A stretch of DNA of 64,000 nucleotides, taken from NCBI GenBank assembly GCA_002633005.1, contig NMRA01000020.1, forward strand, positions 1,074,803 through 1,138,802, read 5' to 3'. A program made the translations under genes and the position numbers. The DNA is from Phoronis australis (Eukaryota; Animalia; Phoronida). Below the pieces are notes generated by a model that had not been told where the DNA came from, made no database searches, and saw nothing but the letters and a program-made list of their open reading frames with translations. Positions 62,137 through 64,000 of this stretch are shown here, in pieces; within the stretch, counting starts at the first letter, position 1, and each line of letters opens with the position of its first letter.

Positions 62137-63887
62137 CTAATTTAAAAGATCTCCTATACTAAGTCCTTGCAAGGCATTGCCTGTGAGCTCCAGACCAGTG
62201 TCAGGCATGTGTTGTGCCTGACTGTCATTGGTACGTAGAGGTCTTGTCACTCTAGTCGTTGTGTTTGGTTGAGATCGTCTGGAAGCTGGAGGCCCTGAGC
62301 CAAGGAACAGATCTTGAGATCCCTGCAAATAATCACGCAATGACCAATTTTTTAAATATTTTAACATTTAAAAAAAAGTCAGCGTTGAAAATTTTTTTTC
62401 AAAAATTCATTAATGATGCGTGTTTTTTTTTGTCGCACCTCATAACTTACATTATAATGCATTTGTGTGGGGCCTTTTGTCTCAAATTTTTCATTTTTCT
62501 TTGAGCCACAGCGACATAGGCTACAACGTTTTAAAAAGGTTTTTGATGGCTGATATCTGTGCTACAGTCCATACTTACTAGGTACTCACTCAGATGCTGC
62601 CATATGTAACGAGGTTTCTGCGTAAACCTGGAGTGACCACTTTATAAAAAAAATCATAAATTAATTGAGGCAAACCTAAACAGGGCCGAGAGTTGCAAAA
62701 TGTTTACAATTCAGTGATCATATCGTGTTTTGGTCGTGATAGACCAACCCGAAAAACCTTGCCTCGTTTTCAGGTCAGTGGAAATTCCTGGGAAAAACAC
62801 AACCTTTGTTTGGCGGGTAACATGCGATTTCACGCCTATACACATTACCTGATGGCATTAAGTTCCATTGCCACACCGGGTGTAATTACCATGTTTATTG
62901 CCCCTACAGCGCAAAGGGGTAATAAGCTATTGAAATCGGTGACAAAAGCATGCCAAGTTTATGGTCCCTGTAACCCCTGAGATTCTATCAAGAACATTTC
63001 ACATTATGATCTTTTGACTGACAAAACTCATCCTGCTGTAAATTTGGTGAATATCAACAAAGGAGTAAAATTACTAATATTTAAGTGCTATCAAGAGAAA
63101 GAACAATTAAAATTCTAGGTTTTTTAGTAGGTTTCTTGTTAATACATGTTGTATGCGGACAGATGAAACGGGAACATCTAATATTCTGGGCTGAAGTGTC
63201 ATTCCTTTATTTATATATAATGTACTATTGACGATCAGAATACTATTTTTACCATTCTCAATATCTTTGTTTTTCAAATTATGTATAACAACCAACTGAA
63301 ATTTCGACAAAACCTAAACCTGTTTTTGTCTTTAGTGCACATCATCATAGTTTGGGTATTGTTTGGCACATTGCCGTCTGTCATAGTTGAGTTTTGATTA
63401 ATAATACAGTAAACATAGAACATACTAATAGACTACTTGTTTGAGTTTACAGTGAGTTAAAACCTTTCCTCTGATAGCCAGTCACTTTAGTTTTATTAAC
63501 AGACATTTTGTTTCACATAGCGCTAAGTGCGGTATGATGTGCTCCGCTTTTCATAAAGCACTGCAGCTGCAGTTATTTAGATGGTTGTGAAATTGCCATG
63601 TTTTTTTTATGGTCATAAGACACAGACTGTTCTTAAACGTGATGGGATTGGTACCACTCAGATCTCACAAACCTCTGTCACTTGGGGAACAAATTATATT
63701 ACGGATTGTAATTTCAAACAATGCATATTATTTATTTCGTTTATATCTACCCTTCTTTGGCTGGTGGAACTTCTGTCCCGTGATGACGACCTCGCTCGGT
63801 CGCCACGGTTTCCACTTGAACTTCTTGTCTGCCGTGTGTCACGTACTTTGGTGCGAGCTCTTGCTTTTCTGGTGATAGCTTCGGAAT
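62137..63887 (-). CDS. 3'-terminal exons (63887-63751, 62322-62137) of an unidentified gene convergent with ELP2
   Basis: GC-richer blocks bounded by cgtag|, |gtagat and tttgcag|; phase-0 join gives SEAITRKARARTKVRDTRQTRSSSGNRGDRARSSSRDRSSTSQRR-GSQDLFLGSG...GLSIGDLLN*. No recognisable domain, and the reading frame is ambiguous. Confidence 0.55.
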
Positions 63888-64000
63888 CTACGTATTAAAT
63901 GCAATATGTAACTTTAAGGTAAAAACAAATGAAAATGAGCTGAAATGACATGGAAAACAAAGTACTTAATAATCAGCACTGGTTCTTTATTCGTGTTTGT

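Noticed and set aside
1-64000. Prokaryotic systems (operons, CRISPR arrays, defence islands)
   Set aside because: Spliceosomal exon-intron structure, LINEs and MITEs show this is animal DNA; no repeat-spacer array with unique spacers is present.

Overview
AT-rich, intron-rich animal genomic DNA, most likely from an invertebrate bilaterian. It is not prokaryotic, so most ORF-track entries are noise. Genes reconstructed by hand: (1) the last two coding exons of a Ly6/three-finger (Quiver/Sleepless-like) GPI-anchored protein; (2) a single-coding-exon class A peptide-type GPCR; (3) a complete 20-exon ELP2 (Elongator subunit 2, about 811 aa, all splice phases consistent) whose last intron is a U12-type minor intron; (4) an intronless RING-NHL E3-ligase gene nested on the same strand inside ELP2 intron 12, lacking B-box and coiled-coil and carrying a SILK+RVxF (PP1-docking-like) N-terminal extension; (5) the 3' exons of an unidentified minus-strand gene at the right edge. 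Non-coding space is full of transposon debris: THAP-bearing Kolobok-like elements, several MITE families with 5-bp TSDs, a hAT MITE, a 2.9-kb TIR element, RTE and Tx1/L1 LINE remnants, and Helentron-like repeats with CTCF-like motifs. There are also some odd micro-structures: a dumbbell-like double palindrome, a fold-back LINE 5' end and a 19-bp P-like footprint. All identifications come from motif recognition by eye; no searches were run.
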